Shown: positions 45,919-55,466 of the stretch, in pieces
Layout of the letters: each line of letters begins with the position of its first letter
Position numbering within the stretch: position 1 is the first letter of the stretch
Assembly: GCA_024672275.1 (NCBI GenBank)
Contig: GCA_024672275.1_4536.1
Source: a phage
Reading direction: 5' to 3' (one strand)
DNA: 64,000 nt
Program-made: the position numbers and the translations under genes
The notes under the pieces: model-generated
Databases searched by the model: none
Seen by the model: only the letters and a program-made list of their open reading frames with translations
Told to the model about the DNA's origin: nothing

Positions 45919-47729
45919 AGATGTTTCTCCCTTTGCAAAACTTCCTGCATTTTACCTTTGTTGTAAGGGCGTGAATTAGGGGCAGAAAGATACCCTGACA
46001 CACGTCTAACTACAGAAATAGTTTCTTCTTCATGGTTGCCACAATCAGGACACTCAAACCCTTTAGCCGTTGCCTTAAATTCTCCATGAAAACCACACTT
46101 AAAGCATTGATCCACGGGCTGATTAATACCAAAATAGTGAATATGTTCATAAGCGTAGTCTACTAAAGTCTCCAAAGCTTCTAAGTTATTCTTTAAGTTT
46201 GGTGTTTCGACATAACTTATGTTACCACCATTACTAATCTGTGCAAAACCTGCTTCATAATCCCATTTTTCAAAAGGATTTGTTACCAACCATACAGGTT
46301 GATGAAAAGAGTTAGTAAGATAGTCTCTTTCTACCAAACCTGGATATTTTTCATTTAAAGCTGTTGCAAACTTATAGCACAAGGATTCTGCTGGAGTTCC
46401 ATAGAGACTAAACGCCAGCTTAGATCGTTCTTTAAACACAGCACACACATCTTTCATATGTTGCAGAATGCTTTTACCAAGTTCCTTTTTATCTTTTTCT
46501 TCTGGATAAAGGATTTCCAAAGCTTCAGCAAGACCTACATAACCAATACTAATAGAAGCATAACCATCTTCAAACAAAACACCAATTTCATCGTTGGCAT
46601 TTAAACGCGCTAAAGCCCCTTCCATGAAAAGAATAGGGTTTTCAGATGCTTTGGTATGTTTAATACGGTTTACACGTAACATGTGAGCATCGTAGGCTAT
46701 CTCCATATGTTTATTAAGGAGGTCGGTGAAAGATTCTCCTTTACTTCTCGCTTCCGCAGCAATCAGAGGCAAGTTGATAGAAACTACTCCAAGGTTGAAG
46801 CGTCCATCATATTTTTCTCCTTGTTCGGTGGCATAGTACGACAAAAAGGAACGACAACCCATACTCGTAACAGTGCCATCTGCTGATCCCGTAACTTCTT
46901 TGTTCAAAGGAACAGAAATAAAATCTGGATAAATACGATCAGCACAACATGCCAAAGCTTGTTGCTTAAGGTCATAGTTAGGATCACTAGGTTTCATGTT
47001 AACACCTTCTTGTAAAAAGAAAATAACTTTAGGGAATACAGGCGTTACATGATCTTTGCCTAGACCATTACTATGCACTTTAAGATAATTAGCTGTGATC
47101 ATTCTGCCAAAAACAGAGGTATCCAGACCCATACTGATTGTAATAAAAGGAGATTGTCCATTAACACTCATTAAAGTATTAACCTGATACAAGAGAGTTT
47201 GCATAGCATCATATACATCTTGTTCGGTCATTTCCAGGGCTTCTTTCCTTGCATAACAACCGTAGCGACGTTTGGTTATCTCCATGTTTTTAAGGAAACT
47301 AGCTTCAACATAAGGACTAAGACCTTTATCAATGTGCGCACACGTCTGACCTCCATACTGACTGGAGGCAACAGCTTGGATAATTTGAGTTAGCACTGTG
47401 GTAGCTACTCCAATAGATTTTGGTTTTTCTATCTGTGCAGCACCGATCTTAAAACCATTTTCTAACATATCTTGATAATTAACAAGACAACAGTTTGTAA
47501 GAGGAGAGAGTAGATAATCCAAGTCGTGAATATGTCCAAAACCTTCTGTATGCCATTCTGACAAGTTTTTTGGCAGTATCTGTGTCATTGCCATATGTTT
47601 GCTTAAAATCCCCGCCAAGAGATCCCTGTGCGTGTTAACGAGGTGGGAAGGTTTGTTTGCATTCTCTCTAGTGTATGTTTCTGAAGTGCGATCTAAAAAA
47701 GAAAAAACATCTTGGTACAAATCTTTCAT
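45915..47729 (-). CDS. nrdD: anaerobic (class III) ribonucleoside-triphosphate reductase (604 aa)
   Basis: C-terminal glycine-radical motif RRVSGYL and zinc ribbon CFKCG...CPDCG. Confidence 0.9.
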   Translation of the reverse strand: MKDLYQDVFSFLDRTSETYTRENANKPSHLVNTHRDLLAGILSKHMAMTQILPKNLSEWHTEGFGHIHDLDYLLSPLTNCCLVNYQDMLENGFKIGAAQIEKPKSIGVATTVLTQIIQAVASSQYGGQTCAHIDKGLSPYVEASFLKNMEITKRRYGCYARKEALEMTEQDVYDAMQTLLYQVNTLMSVNGQSPFITISMGLDTSVFGRMITANYLKVHSNGLGKDHVTPVFPKVIFFLQEGVNMKPSDPNYDLKQQALACCADRIYPDFISVPLNKEVTGSADGTVTSMGCRSFLSYYATEQGEKYDGRFNLGVVSINLPLIAAEARSKGESFTDLLNKHMEIAYDAHMLRVNRIKHTKASENPILFMEGALARLNANDEIGVLFEDGYASISIGYVGLAEALEILYPEEKDKKELGKSILQHMKDVCAVFKERSKLAFSLYGTPAESLCYKFATALNEKYPGLVERDYLTNSFHQPVWLVTNPFEKWDYEAGFAQISNGGNISYVETPNLKNNLEALETLVDYAYEHIHYFGINQPVDQCFKCGFHGEFKATAKGFECPDCGNHEEETISVVRRVSGYLSAPNSRPYNKGKMQEVLQREKHL

Positions 47730-47794
47730 TATTAATCCTTATTTTGTGAGTAGAACTATTATTCTACCTCTTCCAACCGAAAAAAGCTTTGAGG

Positions 47795-47822
47795 AAAATC
47801 AAAAAAGGCGCAAAGTGCGCCT
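47795..47822 (-). terminator. intrinsic terminator AGGCGC-ACTTT-GCGCCT + UUUUUU (minus strand) upstream of nrdD
   Basis: GC stem followed on the minus strand by CTTTTTTG; separates the 448-aa gene from nrdD. Confidence 0.55.
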
Positions 47823-47829
47823 TTAAGTT

Positions 47830-49176
47830 TTATCGTTTGGAGAGGAATTGTCTTCCCATGATCTTACCGTTCTTTACAGCGGTCCCATCGTGTCCATTAT
47901 AATCCCAAGTTCCATCAATGTTGCGCAAGAAGCTATCACGAACAGTGTAGGCTTTACCGTTCTCTACTTTACTTTCTTCAACAATGATTGCCATAACAAG
48001 CTTATTTTCAATTTCGGTAGTAACCGATTCTTTAATACCCTCTGTAACTTCACGATCATATTGGATATAAACTCGCTCCTCGGTCACTTGCACGTCTACC
48101 ACATTTTTAAATGTGTATGTCTGCTGTGTAGTGTAAAGGACACGAACGACACTCTTCTTACCTACTGGAGGCTTCTGACGACGCTTGCGGTAACGGGGAG
48201 ACGGGTTAAGTTTAATATAACCTACAATATCTGATCCATCTCCAGAGTGGCTCCAATAAAACGTCTCTGCCAAACCTTTTCCTTGGTCCCCATTTCGAAA
48301 AAGAACATTAACAGGACCATCACAAGGGCGTCTACCTCCGATGTGGGCTTGGTATTTTGCTGTTCTTGGGAGAACAAAATATTCTTCAATCTGCCATTCA
48401 CTGTCGTATTTCTCCCATTCGAAGTGGTTGGCTTTACATACTTCTAAAACACCATTTTTGTAACGGACTTGAACAAAGTCCTCACAAGGTTGAATACCTG
48501 TATTAGGAATATAGGTAGGCTCTGTGTCTTCTGGTTCAAAAGTCTCTTTTTGTTGTTCCACATCTTCCACTTTTCTTACATGCTTAGTATAAAACATATC
48601 TTTAAACTCCTGTGCTTCAACCTCAACTGCAAATTCATGTTCTCTAACAGCCGGAGGCACAAGGCTTCCACACTCAAGATGTAGAGCATCCAGACCTGCC
48701 ATTTTATCGTAAAAGATAACTTTTCGATACTTCTTACCGTCTTCTGGAATAGCAGGGTCTACTCGTTTAAGACGGGAAGCATCGCTTTTAGTCCAAAAAC
48801 TCTTCCCTGTTGTATTATTGAAAGTAGTAATCATTTCTCCAATTTCTTCTTCAGAAAGGTTACTAGTGTCTGTGTAAACATCTTCAATTTTTAGCATTTT
48901 AGTTTTCTTAAAAATTAAATCTAGCATTGCATCTCCTGTAAAACGTAGTTCATTATCTCCTACTGTCGGCTCTCCAGAAAATTCATCGGTCCCGACTGTG
49001 TGACAGATGTATGGAAAATTTGTGCAACCGTGTAAAAGAGCATATTGTCCTGTAAGTTTAGGATCTGTCTCTTTAGTCCAACCATATGCAATCTCAATAG
49101 CTTTGCAAAGCCTATCGAACAAGCCCCGATTGTTTGCCGCTGTTACCAAATCTTGCTTATGTGCATATACATTCAT
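47830..49176 (-). CDS. hypothetical protein (448 aa)
   Basis: Long ORF; no motif recognised. Confidence 0.45.
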   Translation of the reverse strand: MNVYAHKQDLVTAANNRGLFDRLCKAIEIAYGWTKETDPKLTGQYALLHGCTNFPYICHTVGTDEFSGEPTVGDNELRFTGDAMLDLIFKKTKMLKIEDVYTDTSNLSEEEIGEMITTFNNTTGKSFWTKSDASRLKRVDPAIPEDGKKYRKVIFYDKMAGLDALHLECGSLVPPAVREHEFAVEVEAQEFKDMFYTKHVRKVEDVEQQKETFEPEDTEPTYIPNTGIQPCEDFVQVRYKNGVLEVCKANHFEWEKYDSEWQIEEYFVLPRTAKYQAHIGGRRPCDGPVNVLFRNGDQGKGLAETFYWSHSGDGSDIVGYIKLNPSPRYRKRRQKPPVGKKSVVRVLYTTQQTYTFKNVVDVQVTEERVYIQYDREVTEGIKESVTTEIENKLVMAIIVEESKVENGKAYTVRDSFLRNIDGTWDYNGHDGTAVKNGKIMGRQFLSKR

Positions 49177-49727
49177 AATAACCCTCCCCGTTTTATTGCA
49201 ATAGATGCCCTAGGCTCTGCGATACCAGTGGCGTATAAATATGGATGACCTTGTGGAGAAGTTCTCATCCCAAACGAACCTAATTCTAACCCATACATAT
49301 CTTCCACGTCAAGACCAATATCTGTCTCTATGATTTGAGTTTGAACTTTGTAATACGTCCAAAAGAAATAGCGCATAGTTTCGGCATATTCTTTGACGGA
49401 CGCTCCTGGATAAAACTCAATAATTTCCAACTTTAAGAAAATGTTAAAATGAGCATCATCCAACTCTTCTTCTGTTCGGTAGCAAGGTGTTAGAGCCATA
49501 TAAGGATGATCTGTTGAAAATTCAAACCCATCTTTCTCCATCTGGAGGAAAGACTGCTCTGCACTGGCTACGTAGAACTTACCATTAGGATGCCCCAAGG
49601 GGCGATCCTCTTTACCTTCTGGTAATGTATATGCAAGGATATCCGCATCTACAAGATAAGGGACTTCCAACATCTCCGCAAATCGCCCGTAGTAATCAAT
49701 AGCTTGAGCAATAACAGCTACGTTCAT
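49173..49727 (-). CDS. hypothetical protein (184 aa)
   Basis: ORF with ATGA coupling. Confidence 0.4.
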   Translation of the reverse strand: MNVAVIAQAIDYYGRFAEMLEVPYLVDADILAYTLPEGKEDRPLGHPNGKFYVASAEQSFLQMEKDGFEFSTDHPYMALTPCYRTEEELDDAHFNIFLKLEIIEFYPGASVKEYAETMRYFFWTYYKVQTQIIETDIGLDVEDMYGLELGSFGMRTSPQGHPYLYATGIAEPRASIAIKRGGLL

Positions 49728-49975
49728 GATCTTCCTCCTGTGCGGAAAGCGCGTTTAGTAATGTTGGACATAATGATTAAGTCTTGTAAAGTCATATCTG
49801 GGAACTGTTGTTCTAAAACTCCCTCAACAGCACCTATAATATCTGATAATTCAACAAGTTGCATTATTTTGCAATCCTGTTCAACAGCATCAAAAAGTTC
49901 TTCTACTTCCTCTTTAATCTTTTCTATGCTGCCATAAGGTTGTTTCTTAATGTCTGTTATGTGATACCCTGCCAT
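49724..49975 (-). CDS. small protein, possibly MazG-like pyrophosphatase (83 aa)
   Basis: EEVEELFDA...ELSDIIGA resembles the MazG ExxE...ELGD pattern; weak. Confidence 0.3.
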   Translation of the reverse strand: MAGYHITDIKKQPYGSIEKIKEEVEELFDAVEQDCKIMQLVELSDIIGAVEGVLEQQFPDMTLQDLIIMSNITKRAFRTGGRS

Positions 49976-51568
49976 TTAACGATCCTCTCTGATTTGATTA
50001 ATCTTACGAGCAAGGGCAGCTATAAGCTTATCTTCTTCAGATACAGGAGCCGTGCTCTTACCTAAACGATGCATGTCTAAAATCTCTTGAACAGTTCGGT
50101 TCCATTGTAGACATTTAATACAACGTGTATGTGCAACATACAGAAGATTTCGTTCTGATTCTTCAAGACCTACCCACTCACCCTTCTTATCATAATTGGA
50201 AGGGAAGTCATTTGCAACAATAACCTGATCCCACTCCAAACCTTTTGATTTGTGGGCTGTAGTTAAAGTAACTTTAGCCGTTGGAGAGTTACGGTGCATA
50301 CGTAAAGTGTATGCAATATTATTAGCTTTACCAGAAACAACGATGTTTAAAAGTCGTTTTGCATCAGGATCTGATTCTGCACACTCTACAAATTCTTCCC
50401 AAGAAGTGTAAGGTAGGACTGTCTCATGCTTAACTTTGTCCAAATCACCTCTACGTAAAGCATTAACACTATCAACCATAGAAATGAAATCTTTGGTATC
50501 TACGTTAATAATAATCTCTTCTCCGTTAGCGATTCGGTCCATAGCTTCGAGCAACAGAGTCAAATTCTTACGGAAAATAATGGTGTAAGGTTTACTATAA
50601 TCTACCACATCAGAATGAAAACTTCCAGTGACAGTATCATAACCTTTGCCTACCAGCGGATGCTTCAGAGGTGAGCGATCAGAAAGGATCGCATTAGCAA
50701 TGTCCGCAACTTTAGGACCAAAGCGAAAACAAGCTGTCAGAGGCAACTCAACCCCATATGTAGCCGTTTGCTTCATCATGTTCTGGCTTCCACGGAACTG
50801 ATAAATACTCTGAAATTCATCACCCACAACAACAATACGTTTAGCCGATTTAGCATTGCGAAGGATAGACAGGAATGCAGGGTTAACATCCTGGAATTCA
50901 TCTCCAAAAATAATATCATATCCTAAGTCTTCTTTGCTCAATTCAAAGAGTTTCACATAGGTGTCATGAGTCATAATGGTTTCTGATTTAGGATCAATAC
51001 GCTCACGCCAAAGTTGCTTCGCATATTTAACAACTTCGTTAATAAGTTTTTGTTCGTTGATGTTCTTACGTTTAAGATCTGACATATGCACTTTAGGAAA
51101 ATGTTTATGTCCAATATGTTCATCGTCAGAAAACTCGTATTTAGCTAAAGTTTGTTTTACCATTAACCCGATCATTGCACGAGTCAGTAGCACTTTACCA
51201 TTCTTATCGATCAAGTTCTGAATCTTGAATTTTTTAGCAATCTCACTACCAGTTCCAGCTACGTTAACATATTGACCTTCTGGACGAGACAATTTGTGTC
51301 GAAGGTTTTGTGGAAGACGCTGGTAACAGATTGAATGTAGCGTTCGGCACATAACATTAGGCGGCATTTTACGTCGAGCTTCCTCTGCCATACTTTTGTT
51401 AAACGCCAAGTATAGAATACTATCATTTGTGCCATTAGCCAACATATACAGTGTTGACGTTTTACCTGATCCAGATTTAGCTTGAATTGTAACGAAACGA
51501 TTTTCTTTATACCCGCTTTCAATAGCGTATTGTTCCTCTGTAGGTGTAAAACTCAATTGTGTAGACAC
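49976..51568 (-). CDS. UvrD/Rep-type superfamily 1 DNA helicase (530 aa)
   Basis: Walker A AKSGSGKTSTL; motif II FGDEFQDVNP; other SF1 blocks present. Confidence 0.8.
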   Translation of the reverse strand: MSTQLSFTPTEEQYAIESGYKENRFVTIQAKSGSGKTSTLYMLANGTNDSILYLAFNKSMAEEARRKMPPNVMCRTLHSICYQRLPQNLRHKLSRPEGQYVNVAGTGSEIAKKFKIQNLIDKNGKVLLTRAMIGLMVKQTLAKYEFSDDEHIGHKHFPKVHMSDLKRKNINEQKLINEVVKYAKQLWRERIDPKSETIMTHDTYVKLFELSKEDLGYDIIFGDEFQDVNPAFLSILRNAKSAKRIVVVGDEFQSIYQFRGSQNMMKQTATYGVELPLTACFRFGPKVADIANAILSDRSPLKHPLVGKGYDTVTGSFHSDVVDYSKPYTIIFRKNLTLLLEAMDRIANGEEIIINVDTKDFISMVDSVNALRRGDLDKVKHETVLPYTSWEEFVECAESDPDAKRLLNIVVSGKANNIAYTLRMHRNSPTAKVTLTTAHKSKGLEWDQVIVANDFPSNYDKKGEWVGLEESERNLLYVAHTRCIKCLQWNRTVQEILDMHRLGKSTAPVSEEDKLIAALARKINQIREDR

Positions 51569-51582
51569 GTATTTCTCCTCTC

Positions 51583-52098
51583 TTAATAAAAACTCTTGAC
51601 AATCCTCATCATTTCCTTAGCTCTGCTGGCATAAGGTTCTTTTAGATTAGGTGGCAAATGTGCATTAATGTACCCCATTTGTTTTTCCCATGTCCACTTA
51701 TCTTTAAATCTTGGCATGGTGTCTCCTGCTAAACTGTTTTCTTTTCGTGTTTGAATAATCCAATTACATGGAAAATGCACACCACCTTTACGGAAGGGAA
51801 TATAATGTCCCAATGTGAATGCCTTATTGTTCTTTAAACGTCCAGCTAAATTAAGATTAACAATAAGACTACGAAACACGTAGTATTGATAAAGATTGTC
51901 AACAGTATATACAGAGTAGTATGCTCTAAGTGCATTATCTCTACTAAGATTACCAACATCCAAACTGCACCAGTTTAAATTACTTGGATCGTAGTTGTGA
52001 TTATCAATCCATTCTTCTCTTTCCTCAAATTCTGCATTAACAGCAGACTGCCCTGCTGTAGATACAAAAAGAGAATTTGCATCAAAGAACATACTCAC
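51583..52098 (-). CDS. hypothetical protein (171 aa)
   Basis: ORF only. Confidence 0.4.
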   Translation of the reverse strand: MSMFFDANSLFVSTAGQSAVNAEFEEREEWIDNHNYDPSNLNWCSLDVGNLSRDNALRAYYSVYTVDNLYQYYVFRSLIVNLNLAGRLKNNKAFTLGHYIPFRKGGVHFPCNWIIQTRKENSLAGDTMPRFKDKWTWEKQMGYINAHLPPNLKEPYASRAKEMMRIVKSFY

Positions 52099-52105
52099 TC
52101 CCCCT

Positions 52106-52459
52106 TTAGTTTACATCGTTTAGAGCATTACCAATCTTTAAGATAATAACATCATTAAGAGCGTCTTCTCCATTAAGGCCAGAGAAAGCAGGAGTAACGA
52201 AAGTTACCATATAATAATGGTCTTCTTGTAGGATTGCGATAACGCCGTCTAGTTTAACATCTCCTGTGAAACGAAAAACTTTCAACTTTTGTTCTAAAGG
52301 AAGATCTCCTTCAACATTTAAAACCATATCTCCGACACCAAACTTTTCTGCCCCGATGTAGATGTAAGCTTGGTCATCTTTTTTATGGTAATACAATGTT
52401 GCTTGTTTGTCTTGTAGTGTTGTGATACCAAACACATCTACATCAATAATATTTTTCAA
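52106..52459 (-). CDS. hypothetical protein (117 aa)
   Basis: ORF only. Confidence 0.4.
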   Translation of the reverse strand: MKNIIDVDVFGITTLQDKQATLYYHKKDDQAYIYIGAEKFGVGDMVLNVEGDLPLEQKLKVFRFTGDVKLDGVIAILQEDHYYMVTFVTPAFSGLNGEDALNDVIILKIGNALNDVN

Positions 52460-52471
52460 AAAATTCTCCTC

Positions 52472-53014
52472 TTATTTTGTGTTGACCTTATTTCGCATTA
52501 ACCTGTGGGATACAGAGTTGCGAGATCTGTTTAGAACCTTACCAATCCCTGCATGACTATACCCTTCACTATTTAACTTTTCAAGAATCTGGTCTTCTTC
52601 CTCTGTCCAGTAGCGGCGTTTAGCTTGTCTATCATCCACACCATACATGATAGGTTGCTTTACATCCATCACTTTTAGCAATCTGACAGCCTCTTCCGCT
52701 TTCTCTTTTTTGAAACGGAGATAAGGGATTAAATTCTCAAGCAATCTTATCACACTTTCTCTGCTGCTAACATTGATATTATACATCAAATTATCATATT
52801 TTTCAGCCCAAGCTACGCGCGATGTGAAAGAGACAGTATATCCATAACTTTCCAACTCTTTAGCCAAATCGGTCATTTCTTCTGCCGATCTCTCGTGTTG
52901 TGTAAGGTTTACTGTGTAGGAGTCTGAAGTCTCCCTGTTTCTGCTTATAATAGACCCATCACAATCTATACAACCTGCGTAGTAAGCATAAAACAGTTGT
53001 TCTTTTATGTCCAC
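52472..53014 (-). CDS. LAGLIDADG-like homing endonuclease candidate with C-terminal HTH-like region (180 aa)
   Basis: Single LAGLIDADG-like block YYAGCIDCDGSI and NLIPYLRFKKEKAEEAVRLL; C-terminal YWTEEEDQILEKLNSEGYSHAGIGKVL. Confidence 0.4.
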   Translation of the reverse strand: MDIKEQLFYAYYAGCIDCDGSIISRNRETSDSYTVNLTQHERSAEEMTDLAKELESYGYTVSFTSRVAWAEKYDNLMYNINVSSRESVIRLLENLIPYLRFKKEKAEEAVRLLKVMDVKQPIMYGVDDRQAKRRYWTEEEDQILEKLNSEGYSHAGIGKVLNRSRNSVSHRLMRNKVNTK

Positions 53015-53018
53015 AATA

Positions 53019-53381
53019 TTAACCTAAACACATACGTGCGATCAGACCCTGGATGAGTTTATCTGCTTCTTCCCGATCATAGTCGGTATCTTCTATACCA
53101 CCATCTTCGTCACGATAAACTTTACCTTCCAGGTACCCAGCATCGATCAAACCAATAATCAAATCGAACTGCCAGCAAGAGTTACCGAAAGGGCGTTTTC
53201 CACTGAAACTATCTTCTTCTTCCCAAAGTGTAGAGAGCAGTCGTCTGAAATATTCACGCACAGTAACAGTGCCAAGATCATCGTCTTCAAAAACAACATC
53301 TAAAGCATCTGGTTCAGCTTTCTCTACAACAGGCACATAACGTTGACCATTAATAACAACATCTACGATTGTTTCTCTCAT
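53019..53381 (-). CDS. hypothetical acidic protein (120 aa)
   Basis: ORF only. Confidence 0.4.
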   Translation of the reverse strand: MRETIVDVVINGQRYVPVVEKAEPDALDVVFEDDDLGTVTVREYFRRLLSTLWEEEDSFSGKRPFGNSCWQFDLIIGLIDAGYLEGKVYRDEDGGIEDTDYDREEADKLIQGLIARMCLG

Positions 53382-53740
53382 TTTTCCTCCTTTTTGTATT
53401 CAATGAACATATCTGCATAGTAAGCTTTACGTTCTTCAAATTTAGCAGGGTTTACCACAATGAACAACACCTTTCTATTGTCTTGTGGTTCTTTGACTGT
53501 AATATATAAATCTTTTGTGCAATAGAAACCTGTGGCTTTGTAAGCGTCACCCCAATTATCCACTCCACGATCTATACGATCAAACTTGCAGTTATACTTT
53601 TTATCATCCACCTGGTAGACAGCTTCACCACCATACCAAGTGAAGAATTGGCTACCTTCCACCCCAATCTTGAAACCATCACGGGCGGCTGTAGCATTGG
53701 TGGCAATCATCAACATCAGGACACAAAGTAGCCTTTTCAT
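53378..53740 (-). CDS. secreted hypothetical protein with signal peptide (120 aa)
   Basis: N-terminal MKRLLCVLMLMIATNATAARDG. Confidence 0.4.
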   Translation of the reverse strand: MKRLLCVLMLMIATNATAARDGFKIGVEGSQFFTWYGGEAVYQVDDKKYNCKFDRIDRGVDNWGDAYKATGFYCTKDLYITVKEPQDNRKVLFIVVNPAKFEERKAYYADMFIEYKKEEK

Positions 53741-54046
53741 TTAGAATTCCTCTTCAGTCTTCTGTCGGTTTTTGAAGAATACTACATCATATACATCTCC
53801 GTAACCATCATTTACACAGAACATAATAAAACGATCATCTTCTGCTGTTGGTGCACGATGTTCAAGTTCAAAACTTTCAATAAAACCGCGTGAATTTACG
53901 TAGTAGATTTCATCCTCACCAGAGAACATCCAATCCCTGTCTATCAGATAGAAAGCTAAACTCACAGGCGACAACTCATCCTTCACAGAATCATTGTACA
54001 GCATGTGGGCTGCAACTGCCAAGCTTAAAGTCGGATTATACAACAT
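53741..54046 (-). CDS. hypothetical protein, tandem paralog A (101 aa)
   Basis: Shares FIM(F/Y).VN(D/N)G.G(D/E)..(D/N)VVF.K and acidic C-terminus with 54046..54354. Confidence 0.4.
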   Translation of the reverse strand: MLYNPTLSLAVAAHMLYNDSVKDELSPVSLAFYLIDRDWMFSGEDEIYYVNSRGFIESFELEHRAPTAEDDRFIMFCVNDGYGDVYDVVFFKNRQKTEEEF

Positions 54047-54354
54047 TACACCTCCTCGTCAGACTCATCTGCTTTAGAGAATACAACATTAAACGTTTCA
54101 CCGCAACCATTATTTACGAAATACATGATAAAGTTTTCATCTTCGTCTACAGGGCCACGGTATTCCAGTTCGTAGCTATACAGAGAACTATCGCTTGTGG
54201 CTCCCTGCGGATACCAGAAATAGATCTCATCGAAAGATTTAACCCACTTCAAACCTGTACGATCCTCAAACACTAATGAGGAAGGATTGTCAGCATCTTT
54301 GACAGCTTCTTCATAATCCTGGTGGAACTTGACTGCTGTTGATAATGTGCTCAT
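54046..54354 (-). CDS. hypothetical protein, tandem paralog B (start adjusted to Met14 of track ORF)
   Basis: Paralog of 53741..54046; adjusted length 102 aa matches the paralog; track start is a non-ATG codon. Confidence 0.4.
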   Translation of the reverse strand: MSTLSTAVKFHQDYEEAVKDADNPSSLVFEDRTGLKWVKSFDEIYFWYPQGATSDSSLYSYELEYRGPVDEDENFIMYFVNNGCGETFNVVFSKADESDEEV

Positions 54355-54527
54355 TATGCCTCCTCGTAATGTTTGCAAACAACGTGTCTCCACGTCTTCT
54401 TATAATGTTCTCGCTTCATCATAGCTTCTTGATAAGAGGGAATACGCTGTAACAGAAGTCTCCATTCGCAGTCTACGCCCATACGTCCGTACAAAGCATA
54501 ACGAACATTGTTTTTCTTGTCTTGCAT
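54354..54527 (-). CDS. small hypothetical ORF (~57 aa), not in supplied track
   Basis: Strong SD GGAGGGAG before the ATG; stop overlaps the downstream start (TAATG); read by eye, coordinates approximate. Confidence 0.3.
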   Translation of the reverse strand: MQDKKNNVRYALYGRMGVDCEWRLLLQRIPSYQEAMMKREHYKKTWRHVVCKHYEEA

Positions 54528-54546
54528 ACTCCCTCCGATCAGTTAA

Positions 54547-54744
54547 TTAAACTTTTTCCCAAGTACCAAAAGCACAGGAAGGGTAGATTCCAACTTGAGG
54601 GTTTCCGTTATCATCTTTGAAAGTAAAACTGTTGTTGTCTTTATCAAGAACTGTAGAATAAATCTTACCAACAGTAACGCAGTTGGAAGCTTGACCCAGT
54701 TCAGTGAGAGTAAGACATTTCATTTTCTGTTTCTTTGTAGCCAT
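54547..54744 (-). CDS. small hypothetical protein (65 aa)
   Basis: SD AAGGAG; preceded by a strong promoter-like element. Confidence 0.4.
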   Translation of the reverse strand: MATKKQKMKCLTLTELGQASNCVTVGKIYSTVLDKDNNSFTFKDDNGNPQVGIYPSCAFGTWEKV

Positions 54745-54774
54745 TTATAAAATCTCCTTAGTAAGTGAATCTTT

Positions 54775-54816
54775 ATTCTACACAAAGAGTTTTGCACATG
54801 TCAAGTAACTCTTTGT
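54775..54816 (-). promoter_or_regulatory. sigma70-like promoter TTGACA-18-TAGAAT embedded in a 10-bp inverted repeat (ACAAAGAGTT...AACTCTTTGT)
   Basis: Hexamers and palindrome read directly on the minus strand upstream of 54547..54744; approximate coordinates. Confidence 0.4.
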
Positions 54817-54826
54817 CAGATTAGTC

Positions 54827-55096
54827 TTAATGATTAGTGATGTTGATGACAATCTTAGTTTCAACCTTAGCCCAACAGTAATCTGCTTCATTAAAACGAC
54901 TAGTCACAATGTATTCTCCTGCACGAGAACCTGTTAAGCACACTGCACCTGTATCTGTAGCTAAGTAGTAGTCCCGTTCTTGTTCACTTACTTCTGAATC
55001 GTAGTAGTAGAAAACAGACATAGGTTCAATTTCAGATAAACGGTATAACTTTGGAACAGGGGATTTCTCGATAAACTCAACAGAAGTTTTACTCAT
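54827..55096 (-). CDS. hypothetical protein (89 aa)
   Basis: ORF only. Confidence 0.35.
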   Translation of the reverse strand: MSKTSVEFIEKSPVPKLYRLSEIEPMSVFYYYDSEVSEQERDYYLATDTGAVCLTGSRAGEYIVTSRFNEADYCWAKVETKIVINITNH

Positions 55097-55329
55097 TTGT
55101 TTTCTCCTAGATCTAAACTAATTAAGAAGTCACGAAGGATGATCATTTGTTCTGTAGACAATGATAATACACCTTCTCCATAAATATCACCAGACCATTC
55201 AGCAGTTAGATCTAATGTACCAGTACCAGGAAACCAATCAACAGTGATCTGATTACCATTAGAGTCAGGTAGTATTCCACTGACTAACATAACACACTCT
55301 CCTATTATTGTTCTTGATCTTACGATCAT
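55093..55329 (-). CDS. hypothetical protein (78 aa)
   Basis: ORF with ATGA coupling. Confidence 0.35.
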   Translation of the reverse strand: MIVRSRTIIGECVMLVSGILPDSNGNQITVDWFPGTGTLDLTAEWSGDIYGEGVLSLSTEQMIILRDFLISLDLGENK

Positions 55330-55466
55330 CTACCGATAAGAACAAGTACTTAAATCTCTGTTCTTCGAACATCTAACGATAGAGATTAATCTATTACATA
55401 ATCTATACTCGCTATCGCTCGACCCTTCGGGGTTAGGGTAGCATATTTTTTGAAAAAAGTCAACAC

